This document shows, one piece after another, positions 1 through 14,099 of a stretch of 64,000 bases of DNA. The notes under the pieces are model-generated. The model searched no databases and was not told the origin of the DNA. It saw only the letters and a program-made list of their open reading frames with translations. Positions within the stretch are counted from its first letter, which is position 1; each line of letters starts with the position of its first letter. Location of the stretch: the NCBI GenBank assembly GCA_043228905.1, contig JBHGNT010000005.1, forward strand, positions 17,174,001 through 17,238,000, written 5' to 3'. The position numbers and the translations under genes are program-made. This DNA is from Azolla caroliniana (lineage: Eukaryota; Plantae; Polypodiophyta).

Positions 1-269
1 AGGGTTGTTTTTAAGAAATAATCAATCATACAATATTTCCCCTAATACAACATAATCAGGGTTGTGCCCAAAAAGGTAAAGCGTTCTATAGTTGGCCACC
101 TTATAACGACCCTGCCTGCTAAGTTGGGATTGCATTGCAGAATCTTGAGGCTTAATAGCATGAAAAATCCTAAAGCTGCAGACGTTATAGCAACTGATAG
201 ATCCTTTTTTAACAGCATTTACAGAGCTAGCCCATGGAAATTGGATGAGAATAAGGAAAAACTACAAAC

Positions 270-3200
270 CTCTCCAACCCGCGATAATGCTCCACTGATG
301 CCCCCAAAAATAGTGGACCAAATTGCATACCAGATTTGAGTATCCATAAAGTAGATCTACAAAAAAGGAAATCCCAAAATTATAAGGAACTGCAGTGTGA
401 GAATAATCAGATTTAGCAATGTTATTTGTTTACCAGTATAACAGGTGCCCATAGCAAAAGAATGATGCCAAAATTGTGTTGCTCTGCGAGAGATTAAATT
501 GCTACTTGAGAAACAGAAATGTCAATAATCATACTCCCAATCGAACATGAAGGAATCACTCATACCATTGGGGAATGGTTTTGCATTAGCTGTCACTGTC
601 ATGATGTGTTTTGTCGGTTCTACCAATGGTTTTATCTAAAAAATATATGTTTCTCAGTATTGAAAAACTAAAAGTGGCACTAATATAAGATAATCATCTT
701 CTAAATAACCGTAGCACCCAGAATTTCATCTTAAATACCACATTGATTTACCTCCAAATAATAGCTAAATAGTAGCTTACAAGTGAAAAGCAACACCCAA
801 AAGAGAGTGTACCTACCAAAAAGCAACCAAATTTTTAACTGCACAGCTACATTTCTATTAACTTAAACAAATATCTTCAGTTCCTGTTTTGTTACTTACT
901 TGAAAAGAGCATAAGGGTTTTCATGCATACCCCGTCCAATATAGATCCGTGGCTGCAGTACAAATATACTGTTAAGTTTGTCCCACCGGGTCAAAAGAAA
1001 CATGTGCATCTTCTTGTGGCTATGCTGTTACTTTAAAATATGGAAAATATATTCACCTGAGACCACCATAGAAGGACTTTCACAATTGCAAGTTCTGATT
1101 GTTCAATAACACGCCTTAACATGGGAAAAAGGAACAAGAACACACTGACAGCATCTGGAAACAAGTAGACCAGGACAGCCATCACATAAAGAGATGGGCT
1201 TTGGGACTTCCCTACCCAGTTCTGCAAGATGCTCATCAATCCATTTGAATCTCCCCACGAGTGAGCATAACAAATGGGCAAAGCAATAACCCATCCGAGG
1301 GCAACCAATAACTTCATGACATACCAGACAATGTCAAGGTATTTCATACTTCTCCAAGCCTTAAAGCTCAATCCAATATTTACAACCGCTATAGAGGTTC
1401 ACAAGGTCAGAATATATAATTAAAAATCCTTTTTACCAAATATTCCAAAGCCTCAACCTTAAGAAAATAACATGATATAATTACCTTGAATAAGCCTGAG
1501 AATTGCAGACGTAATAAATATACTTAAAACCTTCTTAAAAACAGATCCAACAAAGAAGAAGCCAATAGAACCACTGCCATTCCATGCTATTATAATCATA
1601 GCCTAAAAGCAGAACAGAAAGTATGGAACAATAAATTCAGGATAACACAACTTTCTATTAAACCACCTTCTCTTGTTAATTAATATTTGTCAATGTTTCA
1701 ATCACTATATTTACAATAACTTCAATACCTGTAATGATAGTATGAAAAAAGACCACATCCTGTCAAAGGTTCTAAATACGTGCCAAAAGGAGCGAGCTTC
1801 CACAAAATTAGATTTTCCCATCCACTTAGATGGTTGATTCATCTGAAATCAAAACCATCATTAAATGCATTTAGAAAATGACATGTTGTACCTGAACATC
1901 TCATTTTTATTTTAGGAGTGCTGCATACATTTCTTACATGACTTACCTTCCATTTCTCTTTAGGCCTCCCCTTGAAGAAATCTCCCTCTGGCCTCATGGG
2001 CCAGCCGAGTCGGAAGCAGTGGGTGGACCTATAAAGTATAATAACCTTCATATTCAGAATATATAGCTGAGAGTGGAAATTGTCTATTTTAAAATGGCAT
2101 ATGCTTGATATTTATAATAGTTTTGTAATTGAGTCTTCCAGTAATTAGAGATTTTTATATCAGGAAACAGACTGAAAGGAGCTGTTCATATTAGAGTTAC
2201 CAGAAATATTCATTTAAATCATCATAATTACGCCATGCAGAATGTCTAGTTTTCTCATCACAACGGAATTCCTGAAACAGAGGAAGTCAATGAGAATCTA
2301 CAATCAAGTGATAATTAGAATAACATGATGAACATACTGCTATGGCTCACCTCAGCAATGAGATCATACATTGGTGTGACCACTTTCAGTAGAAAAGAAT
2401 CTTGATCTTCATGATTTCCTCGATAATTTGGCATTACATTCTCACCCGTCACAGCACTAACATTGCCAGCAAGCATTACATAGAGATCTCCTGCCATCTG
2501 AATTCATACACTAAATTATAACAGATGAATGGAAATGATATTCCTAATTTTGCATGACTGTTTGTTATTACATAGAGGGTACATGTATGTATTTGTACCT
2601 GGTGAAAGATATAGCAAAGGCATTCTGGCATGAATCTTAAGTTGGCGCTTTCTCCCCAGATCAACAAGTAAAGGCTTATATACAGAACCTTTCGCTGCTG
2701 GATATCCTGTTGAATACTTGGAAACCTATGCTATAAAAATAGATGGTAGTATATTAACTTTTGACTTAGCGGCATCTCCACTTACCATAACCTTTGTTTT
2801 CTATATGAATTAACATATAAATCACAGTCGTCCTGAAGTAGACGCCTATATAAACCAGTATTTCCTTATACAAGAAGATACATTCCTTCATAATATTCAT
2901 GCATATATTAACCAATTTTTCTCTTTTTACATAGAAGATAAACTGTTTCTATAAGCTTCAAGTCAATTAATGAAACCAGAACTCCCCAAATAATAGAGCA
3001 TACACTCACTAGTGAATTAATGGACAGAAAAGCTTTTTTGCCAGGGGCATCTCATTCTCACAGCTGATGCAAGAAAAATTTCAGCAGGGTTATACAAGTC
3101 GAACTATTTGAGTCTTAGACAAAGCACAGAATTTGACACAAGCCACACAAGAGGTAGAAGCAGAGTCATGGCCAGTCACTTCATACTGGACAACTGAACA

Positions 3201-6200
3201 ATAGTCATCACACTTGTCATCAGTGATAGTCTTCCTTGGAGTAATTAACAAACTAACCTCCAATATATTAATTGTCATTGCCTTAGTTTGTGATCAAAAT
3301 CAAAATCATTGTGGTTTCCCTTCTTTGCCTAGAAAAATAGTGGAGCAGATAATACTACCTATAATATACTCATCATTATGCCAGTTCATGCCTACACAGC
3401 CATACAGCCTAACTCATCATTGTGCACAAAACATCAAAAAAGTATAAATCACCCCATTACTAAGCCATGGGACAAAACAGAATCGAGAGGCTACGAAAGG
3501 AGCACATGTCCTGAAAAAAATCAAGAGCGCAAAAGATAACATGTACACACTGTGACTGAGGAAACAAAAGCAAATAGGACCAAAAATAGAATATAGAATT
3601 ATTCAAAAAATTGTTAGATGAAACATAAACAGAACAATGATGAAGAAGTCTATTTGATATTTGAAGTAGATCTACCTCAGGTTATTCGGACGATGCAAGA
3701 ATCTACACCATTTTTTGTAGTTTTTGAACAGCTTTTCCATAACATCTGATAGTGCTGCTTCACTCAACTGTGTATAAATTCAAATTAAACTAATTCTAGA
3801 TTATATGGAGAAAGCATCAATGCAAACAATCGCTCATACCTTATTTAAAGGATCTGGTCTTGGCACCTGCCGCATGTGTGTATTTGCAAGCAATAAAATT
3901 AAGTGTTCTCTCTGATTTGCAACATTGTCTTTCTGAAACAATCAAGATACAACATGCGCATTAAAACTACTGATAATTTTTCTTTTAGCATAGGTTGCGA
4001 GAAGTTCAAATTCAATGTCTAGCATTGCTTAAGGTCAGAAGCAAGGATAGTGATCATTCACAAATATTTGATTGCGTCAATCAAACTTTCACCTGGAAGC
4101 CAAAAGTACTTTGCAACCAGTCAAAAATGTCATATTCCATGACATTTTGCCTGATTGACCCAAACTCGGGTTGTCCCGGAAGGCCACGAACATTTCGAAG
4201 AGCTGATATTGCCGCCTTAATCTGAAAAAGATCTCTCTCTCTCTCTCTCTTTCTCTCCCTTTCTCTCTCTCTCTCTCTCTCTCTCAACATGGGGACCGAG
4301 TCTTAACAAGGCAAATCATTGGAAAGATTTAGAGAGACCTTTAGTGTCAATAATCGCTCACATGTAAGGAGCAAAGCATCGGTGCCCCACGATATAATCC
4401 GGGCAGAGATGGGAGCAGCGCCTATAATTACCGAGGCATTGTTCCGATCAGTGACATTTATCCAACATCTTTGGGAGCTCCCTAAATGAAGGTACCCAAG
4501 GTTGGCACTTATGTTGTCAACACAACTGGCTGAAAATGGTGACATTCATTGTTGGTATGCTGAAATGCAGCAATGGTTCAAGTCACATGGCATGAGTATA
4601 AATGCACTACCCCCGTTCCAATATAGCTTGGACTGTCCCCATCTAAATATGACCAAAGTGGAAAAGAATAGAGTGATCCGAACTGATATTATTAACTTGG
4701 AAAACAAGATAACATGGATCAGCCCCAAAATATTACTTGGTACGCAAATGACCCACTATAAGACACACTTCTTACACACATCGGAGGATGGATTCATCGT
4801 CAGGCCACCTTATATGGACATACATCTATCCCATACACTGCACAGTGTGATAGGGCAGCTAAGAACTTCATCACATCAGCTACAGATTGAGGTAGGCATA
4901 CCTCTAGAAGAGAGAATTTGCCAATTGTGTCATCAAGGAGTGGAATCTGGGAACACTATGTTTGTCATTGTAGTGTCTTTTATGAAATCAGAGGGAGATA
5001 CCATTGCCTCTTTAATCAAGGCTTTGGTCCACTACGCAAGGTAATGGAATATGCGGACCAACGATGCCTAGGACTTTTCTTGCTAGAGTTCAAGAGACAT
5101 CGGGAAAAGTTGTTGAAAAATACAGCCACACAAGCTCATCCACAAAGAACAATCACAACTTTCTTTAGCCCCATCACTCCTACAAATGCTACAAGTCAAT
5201 CACGAGATACACAAATGGGCTCCCGACCAGGACATAACAAAGGGGTTACAATTGATCGGGCAATAGCAATTTGCCGTGCACGTAGGCCCCGCCCCCATGG
5301 ACCACGACCTCGACACCCTTGTCATCGACAAATAAAAGCCATTATCTCCCGCCATCATAGGTGCTTCCCTCACTTCGAAGACATTTCCATTCTGGATCGA
5401 CCTATGCTAGAGATCTTTCGAAGACAAAAGCTACAATTTACCTAACTTGAGAACCTCACATGTGCCAAAAACCAAATTCCCTCGTTTCTTTTCTTTTCAT
5501 CTTATTTACTTTTATATTTACTATGTAATATTTATTTTATTTTGATTTGTTCTCAAAGACGAGACAACACTTAAGATGTAATCTCTTATTTGGTCTTATA
5601 GGCCATTTTGGCCTCTTAAAAGACGTTAATATATCTTTCTTTCTCTCTCTCTCTCTCTCACACACACACACTTTGATACAATGCTCTGCCTTCAATCGCA
5701 TTCACCTATTCTTTCCACACATCTTCAACCAAACCTAATCCTTGTGCGAATTTCTCTCATAGTCATAGTGCCTTCTCAATTGCAACATTCATTAGTGAAG
5801 TTCTTAAACATCAAGAGTCTCTACTCACTTTCACATGTATTACGTAAAATGTTATATTTTTGGTGAACCACAGCATATAGGGCAAAAACTCAATGTGTCT
5901 CTATACTCTACGGGGCTTCTTGTTGCGTGGCACACGTTCCTTACATGTGGGGAGAGATTTGTCAAAAATACTATCTTCCTTTGATTTCGTTGGCAAAGGT
6001 TTCTATTAGGATAAAAGCACCTCAAACGCACATGTGCATAAGCAAGTTATTATACTTCACTAGTATCCTAAGGCTGGTTTACTATGCACATTTCATGTCA
6101 TTGCCTCTTACTTATATTTCCCTGCTTGGCTGGCTGTTCATATTTAGATGTGCCACATATGCACATCTTAGCTGGCATGCTGGGAACTTTATGTCAGGAT

Positions 6201-9200
6201 GTTGTTCGCTAACTTCAAGAAAAGAGACCAAGGTATGCATTTTGTGAGACATGGCAGTTTGTATCCTTTGTATTCTGGATATTGATTTTTATTTGACTTA
6301 TCTAAGGATCCAGTTTCACTTTACTTCCTTTCCTAATGCTTGAGCACACCACTTTGATAGCATAAATGAATATAAACAACGATCTGAATATAAATTTTCA
6401 TTAGGAAAGTATCTAGAAGTGAGCATCATATTTGGGAGTAAAAGATGGGTTGGACGCACTACTTTGGACAATTTTCTATTGTAAAAAATCAGGTATATTG
6501 TTTTACCATAACATATACCACAAAAAAACATAACGAGCTAGTAGCTGCCATCACCTACTTCCTTTTTACTCCACCAATGCATAGTCGTATGCATAAACAG
6601 TAGCCCTTTATCGTATATGAGATTACCATCTCGTATGACTCCTCATCATTCAATCACTCTTAAAAGAGGAGCACAAACTTATTTTCAGTTGTTCTCAGCT
6701 ATCTAATAATTTATAAAAAATACATTATTTTCAGCTTAGTTTTTATCCTTTTTTATAATAGAGATAGAAAAATGAAAAACCTCTCAGAGTTATGGAAATA
6801 TTTGCTAATAAGTCTCACTTTCATATGAGCCACAAAGCAGATCACGTAGAAAGTATACTGCTTGTTGGTATAGTCTTATCCATATTATTCAATACCCTTC
6901 CATGAGGAATCTATTTGGATATAGAGACAACTTCAATTTCTGATTTCTGTTCTTTCTTTCATTCCACCATGACTACGCGAGCGGGATTCAGTAACCTACC
7001 TAGCTATAAGTAGGTGAGCAAATATACATATCTATATAGGATAGCATTCAGTTATGTTCAAGGCCCACTAGCAGGAATGATGCTGAAGATAATGAGAGAG
7101 GAAACCAAGGGTATGTACAAAAAAGAAGAGAGGTTATCCTTCTTGATGTTCCATGACGAGCCACTGAGTCAAAGGCCTGTGTCCTGATCAACAATGTACA
7201 GAAAGAGTACTGACTTGTGGGAAGTTAAGGCTGAGAAGCCCCCCACGCATCTCCCTACCAATCTCTGCGGGGTAATAAGAAAAAATCAAATTGCATTCAA
7301 AAGCTTCCAATCAAACCTTGGTCCTCTTAAGAGCTAAATTAGCCTCTATTACACTCTTCTTGCCTTCCATCTTTGCTAAGTCATCCATAAAGCCTTCTCT
7401 TCTTGAACCGTAGCAGCTATGCTGAGAGTTGTTAGCTCGACCACAAGAAGAGGGATGCCTAAGGCAGGGCTAGGGATTGGAGTGAGATTGTAACAAGGCA
7501 CCTGTACAGGAAGATGGAGCTGATCACCTCCTTTTCAGGAATTGTTAATGATTTTTCATGTCTCTCATTGTTAAAAGGATGTAGAAATATCTTCATATAC
7601 GAACCTTCACAGATCAATACTACGTCATAAACATTATGGCGCTCCCCTAGCATTTAACCTATCAAAGTATTTCTACCAGAAGCTGATAACCCTTTAGTGG
7701 TTGCTGCTGTAAACAATTACAAGAGATAGAGAGATCTAACACTCTATCCCTTTCAATTTGCACAGATCCAAGTGCCCAGCATAAGGTGAGTCAGACTCAG
7801 TCCTTCCAATAAACTTTCTCACAGTACTCAGTACCATAGCCGCCCTTCTAAGCTCTAAATCATCTCATTGTTAGACATTAAGTATTGTAACCAAATTAAG
7901 TATTCATGGCAAAGACAACATTTTCTTTTCTTCCAATCTTGATTGTCACACCTCTGGAAAAGTCATGATTGCTTCTGATGAACTAGCTGGATCCAATGGT
8001 AATATGTTGTAGGCAATTAAAATCTCCTTTTTAGCTTCAACTTCTTTCCCTTTCCTCTCGGTCTGTTTATATACACAGATGAAGCATATATCCTGTCAGA
8101 AAGAAAAACCAGTAATTTTTTCTTATGCTTTCTACTAAATACAATTGTTACCTGGGGATCTAACTCTGTCTGATTTACTGCCTTCAGTACATCAAAGAGA
8201 ACAGCTGCTGTCTGGTATGTCTTAGCCAAATAAGCCCTGTGTCAACAAAATGTTGTCTCCAATTGCTATCTAAACTCTCTCCAACCTCTATGATTTTACT
8301 ATAAGTGTTACAATTTTTTTCCAGATTTTGGATTTGGAAAGGAGGCATCTAACACATACCGATCCATGTTAGCACCAGTTGTTTCTTCTAATGACTTTAC
8401 ATACTTCGAGTAGAATTCTTCATAATAGTTTTGCATCTCCCTTCCATCACTTTTGGCTGACCTTTTACTGAGAGTCGCATCATCATCCTGGAACAGAGAA
8501 GAAAATAAATTGCATATTCATCTGTGAACATTGCACTTGTTTGACAAAACAAAAACTAATCAACATAGTAAAAATAATTCAATAAATCAAATGAAGTGTA
8601 TACCCGTTCCAACTTCTGAAGTAGTGCTGTTTTAAACTGCCGGACCCCTCGTCCTGCTGATGTCGGATCCAATTTATGTGCTTTATCAAATGCATAAAAA
8701 CGGCCTGTAAAACAGACCATCCAAAGTTCACAAATTCACAGTTTTAATTTGAGAATGCAAGGACGCACACATGTGACATTCATTGCCTGTGATTTCAAGT
8801 AAGTTAGTCATTACAATTTTTGAAATTGTGAGATTCTGAAGCATTACCACATGTTTGTGCATAACTGATATGGTGCATGTGGAAATAACCTGAATATGCT
8901 TACCTTATCAATGCATAACCTCAAATGTTTAAAACACACCTCATAATTTAAAATAGGAATTCGTTATAGAACACTGCGCTATCAACAGAATTAATCAGGG
9001 ATTGATCATAAAAGAGTCTTACAGAGATACGCTACACGAGGTTTTTCTTCTTCAATTTCATTAGCAACTCGAAGAATATGTGCAATCCCAGCCAGAGATG
9101 ATGGCACCACCTCAGAGTCCATCTCAGAAAAGGCGCCATGACTGGAAGTAGTCAGGGTCCGTTGAATTCTTCTTTGATTCTTCCCTCCATCAAGGCTACG

Positions 9201-9215
9201 TAGGAAGTTCTCCAT
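270..9215 (-). CDS. CALS: Callose synthase (1,3-beta-glucan synthase, CalS/GSL family), first 20 coding exons; gene continues beyond window start
   Basis: GT-AG exons read in frame: 9215-9023, 8704-8604, 8487-8360, 8236-8152, 8062-7952, 4221-4093, 3932-3840, 3767-3676, 2725-2599, 2497-2351, 2271-2201, 2028-1947, 1842-1729, 1602-1485, 1388-1057, 952-900, 812-752, 635-566, 483-434, 356-270. Family motifs: [100 protein letters not shown]. No stops seen. Confidence 0.96.
4286..5633 (+). mobile_element. 5'-truncated non-LTR retrotransposon (RTE-like LINE 3' end) in CalS intron 5, antisense to the gene
   Basis: Frameshifted ORFs 4502-5044 and 4918-5445 give [38 protein letters not shown], the C-terminal Cys/His region of LINE ORF2; bounded on both sides by (CT)n tracts (4232-4285, 5634-5659). 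Confidence 0.75.
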
Positions 9216-9919
9216 CTGATTCTAAAGAACTTGAACGTTACTATTAGGGTTTTCTTTCAATCATGTAAGGAACCACTTCCTGAAAACAAGAGTATAATAA
9301 TGTGATTTATTGCCACTTATTTTCACACAGGAAATTTTACAAGAAGGCATAAACCTTCACACAGAATTAAAAACCTTCATAAGGCAAAAATAAGGCATAA
9401 ACCTTCACAAAAACCATAAAATATTATGTGGCCTTTTCAAAAAGAGATTGATAAGCATTATTAGAAGAGTAAAAGGCTTATTATTTCGTAGCTTTAAGCC
9501 TTTGCAATAGTAATTTGCAAGCTACGATTTTAAAACCAATACAGTGTCTCTCCGTTAAGAGACACCCAATGAATTCATACAGATTCAGACCATACATGTG
9601 CTCGTATAGAATTTAAGACGAATTGATGGATCAAAAAATGCACCATACCACAAATGCTATCACCACGGTAAATAAAAAAAGGTACTAACTGGATTTATGA
9701 GCCTACAGTTTTTATGTTTGTCATAATGAGGTAGAGTATTGAAATGTAATATTTAACCCTACAAATACATTCAGCACAACAAACAAATTTATGTTCAGTG
9801 AGAACACATAAAATCCGATAAATGTACTTAAGTAAACAAATAGATTGATCGAATTTGAAATTCAATAAATAAATAGGACGATGTCCAATTTAAAATCTTA
9901 GAAATATATACTCTCACCC

Positions 9920-9951
<32 letters not shown>

Positions 9952-10237
9952 CACACTATGAAACACTTCGAGGTTAGGATTTATAAAGCACATTCTTATT
10001 CGAAATATAACTCTTTAAATGTAGATAACTAAGCTATTTTTTACTTTGTCAAATTTACTTTGTCTATTTTTTGACCTTCACGTTAGACAAGCCTTGAAAG
10101 TATCTACATGTCTGCATCCAAATCTAAGGTTTACAAAAAAAAAAACTTTCGGAGCCAACTAAAGCTTCTCAACATAACAATGGGTTACATTTCCTCTTAT
10201 AAGAGCAAGGGCTAAAATAAATATAAAGAAAAACTAC

Positions 10238-10403
10238 CTGGAGGTGTGGCTATTGGGATCCAAGAGAGGGAGAGAGAGGGAGAGAGTGAAGCGTTTAGGC
10301 GTCAGAAGAAACTCATCTCTCAGATCCTCCTCCCGCTACTGCTACTGCTACTACTGGCTACTTGTTACTACTACTTAGTGGTAGTAGACTGTAGCAGTAG
10401 ACT

Positions 10404-10439
<36 letters not shown>

Positions 10440-10482
10440 AGGAGGAACAAGGAAGAGTAAGGATTTAGCAAATTCAAAAATT

Positions 10483-10527
<45 letters not shown>

Positions 10528-10530
10528 GGG
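10238..10530 (-). other. Probable non-coding first exon (5' UTR) of CalS
   Basis: Donor CAG|GTAGT at 10238/10237, acceptor TTTTCAG before 9279; CT-rich leader on the minus strand; donor context also conserved in the duplicate at ~58375. TSS not determinable. Confidence 0.55.
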
Positions 10531-10535
10531 GGGGG

Positions 10536-10560
10536 GTCACACGTGACACACGCGCGCGCA
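10536..10560. promoter_or_regulatory. G-box/ABRE-like CACGTG with adjacent CGCG box in the CalS proximal promoter
   Basis: CACGTG at 10540-10545 followed by ACACGCGCGCGC, directly upstream of the (GA)n tract. Motif match only. Confidence 0.4.
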
Positions 10561-10608
10561 CGGCTGCTTCTTCGACGTTTCTAACTTGCAGCCAAATGTG
10601 TATGTACA

Positions 10609-10639
<31 letters not shown>

Positions 10640-11445
10640 GTAATGTATATGTAAAGTGGGTTGGAGAGGTAATTGCGGCCTGGCCATGGGTCGGTGTGTA
10701 CATATGTTTGGGTGCTTGGCCGCGATCTGCACCACCCAATTGTGGATAGCGCGCTAGCGAATAACCTATCACCCGACACCCGACCCATCAGTATCACCTG
10801 ACACCCTGCTCTCATAAATGTCAAACACCCTGCTCAAATCGGACCCTCGACTTAGAAGGGTTTAGGGTATTAAAAAAAAGAAGCAAGCACCTGTCGATTT
10901 TTTTGACCTTTTTCAAATCGGAGATTTGAGCTTTTCTAGACGTATTTTCAAATCATAGATTTTTCGACATTACGTTCAGCTTTGTTGCCTACGTTATGAT
11001 CAGTGACACCACTTGCAAAGCATTCGGGGGTTTGTACATATTGTATATGACTCACGGTTTTGTGTATTCAGAATCGAAGAATAGGGTTGTACATGCTATG
11101 TAGTTTCTTAATAATGTTATGGATTGTTAAAATGGGTTTTGGGGTTTTGGATTCGAAAAATGGGATCATAATAGCAAAATGAATCAAGAGGGGTGAATGC
11201 CAAGTCAAATGTAGGGATGTGGACCCGAAGGAATTTAAGGATACATCTGGCTCTAACGAGGGTGCACCTGATGTGGGAACTATTCACATCGAGTTTGGTA
11301 AAGCTACATAAGGATGGGACAGGACAACCTAAATCGTTTGCCAAGTATTTGCTATGTGTTTTATCTTCTTGCTACCAATGACACTCACCTCAACGTAACC
11401 CCCCCCCCCTTTTTCAAAACAGGTTCCATCTAGCATGCCGCAGAC

Positions 11446-11990
11446 TTGAGCTTTTCGATTTACGTGGCTAAAATTGATTTGAGAATGTTGTGCACAAAGG
11501 GACAAATGGCATCCACGTGGACTATGGGTTTGTTCACAATGTGGATGGAGTATACTATGCTCCAAGATGTGTCTGAGCAGTTCCACATTGTAGACCCACT
11601 TCGGGTGCAACTTCACATACAAAGTTATAAGGTGGAGGACATCCTAGGACAGGTGCCTGAACGTGATTTCATCATCATTACACACATTGCACTGGGGGCA
11701 TTGGGTATTGTGGACGAAGATGTGACATAGTCCACAGGATGTCAATGCTACGAAGGTGACCAAGTAGGTACTCTCTTGTGATCCACTTAATAATAATGCA
11801 ACATGCACTTTGAAAAGACTACCAGAGGTGGCCATATGAACCATATGTAATGGCAACAATGACTATTGCATCATAATGGAGGTTCGATATCACCAAGTGT
11901 ACATCCCAACATAACCCAATGGGTGGGACTGTGACTATTACGTGACGCGGACCATTCATATGCTAGTGGAGGAGTTCATCCAAGACTTCA
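11446..11990 (+). pseudogene. Decayed Ulp1/C48 peptidase-like sequence, probably transposon-borne
   Basis: Across frames: DFIIITHI..HWVL (11664-11712) and PNGWDCDYYV (~11915-11944), matching the HW and QxNGxDCG catalytic motifs; stops and frameshifts present. Confidence 0.5.
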
Positions 11991-12839
11991 CATCTTCCGA
12001 TTTTGTAACTATAGCCTGACATGTGGATTGCATGGAACTTTTATCAATAATGGTTGGGTTCTTATAGCCACACCTTTTTTATAGGATATAGAGGAGTTGT
12101 TCACACACAAGGACATTATTCTCCTTTGGAAAAACATGGTGAAATGGACTCGAAGGATTTTGGGATTTCCGATTTCATAGCCATCATGGCAAATTTTGTA
12201 TATGAATCAACCACTTTTGTATTGTAGTTTTTTTTTCACAAAAACTATACTCCATTGATATTAACATTAACAATGCCAAAGGCAATATACAATTTGTACA
12301 TAATAGTTTCTACTCCACAAGTGTCTATAAAAAGACTAAATATAAACGATGACGTTTGGCAAGATAAGGCTAATTATGTCCATGAAAACTCTCTCAGCCT
12401 TTGCCAACAAGACCCATTCTTAACCTATAAACAAATTCCTGTGGTCCAAGAGAATACATATCTTTACATATCTTGGTGGTAATCCTAGTCAACATATCCT
12501 AGTTGTCCACCCTGGCTAGTAGACTAAAAACTCCATATATGCCTTTGATTTTGCCAATACTGGAGTTGTTCACCATCACCTAACTGTCCACTAGGGTGAT
12601 GTTATTTGACAAATGTTTTGTACACAACATTTGAAGACACCAAAATAGTCCATGATGCACCTGGCACTTGGGTAAAACGTGATGGGTTGCCATGGATAGC
12701 CCCCATGTATCATCTCCGAAATCAAAACGACCATGTCCTTCATCTCCACGAAAATTGAAAAGTACTTGTAATAATCTCCCTATAAACAAGATGAACTATG
12801 TCCTTCACACCTCACACCATCTGCTTCGATCCCCACACC

Positions 12840-13900
12840 ATGTTCACTCTTAAGAATAGAGAAATTGCTTCATTCAGTCCACATCAACCATCTCGCCGAA
12901 TAGCACAAATGTTCTGTGCAATTAAAAACAAAATAAGTGAAAAATGGTTCCTCATCCCCTCATGATCAGCATCGGTCCCCCCCACCATCATCACTCCTAA
13001 AAACAGACAAATTGCTTCATTCAATCCACATCCACCATCTCGCCGAATACCACCACCAATGTCCTGTGCAACTAACAACAAAATAAGTGAAAAATGATTC
13101 ATCATCCCCTCATGATCTTCTTTGGCCCTCACACCAACACCACTCATCCTCTCGCCGTGACGAACATGCTTCAAATCCCATTGCCATCATCCCGCAACCT
13201 ATGAGAACCATAATATCTTCTTAACTCAGCCCATATACGGAGCATCTCGTTGACCCTATTCCATCTCACCGATTATCGCGATCCTGTAGTAACAGCCAAA
13301 AATGAGTGAAAAACAATTCCTCACCTTCTCATAATAATTTGCTTCAGCCCCCACACAAACATCACTCATCTTGATCACAAAAACAAAAAACCGGCTTCGT
13401 CATGTCCCCATCTACCCTCTCGCCATCTCCGATTCTCTCAGGATTCCCGCCTATTATTGCTAAAATCCACCAAGGTCCGTGCAAATAACAAAAAATAAGT
13501 GAAAAATGTTTTCTCCTCCACTCATGATCTGCTACAACCCTCACACCATCACTACTCATCCTCTTGTGATGACAAATATGCTTCAAACCCCATCACCATC
13601 ATCCCTCAACCTATCATAACCATAACATCTTCATAAGTAAGCCCTGATCTAAAGCATCTCGTTGACCTTCTTGCCATATCACTGATTACCTCAAAAATCC
13701 TGTTACACTAACAACCAACAAATGAGTGGAAAAAATCCTCACCTTCTCATAATAATCTGCGACAACCCCCACCAACATCAGTCATCCTGATCACAAAAAC
13801 AGAAAACCAATTTCCTCATGTCCACATCCACCATCTTGATGTCTCCGATTATCATAGGAATTCTGCCTCATACCACTAAAATCCTTCTTATACTACTTTG
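12840..13900. repeat. Degenerate tandem array
   Basis: AAAT(A/G)AGTGAAAAA..CCTCA core recurs at ~12931, 13081, 13300, 13494, 13720, with a higher-order period of ~415 bp. Confidence 0.8.
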
Positions 13901-14099
13901 CTTCAGCACCCACAACATCATCCCTCATCCTCATGTCTTCATCCACCATATGGCTATCTTCACTTGTCACCACCACCTTATACATTAAAATAGCCTTCCT
14001 ACATGCCGCAACCGTCTCCTCCAGGTTGGCTCATGTTGTTCGCAGTAAGAATGGTACCGGTGGCGGGAACAACCAACGAGGTGGTACATAGTTCCACCT

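Noticed and set aside
10358-10824. ORFs with YVCM/SLSL/TTTT runs (also 58423-58950)
   Set aside because: Translations of microsatellites.
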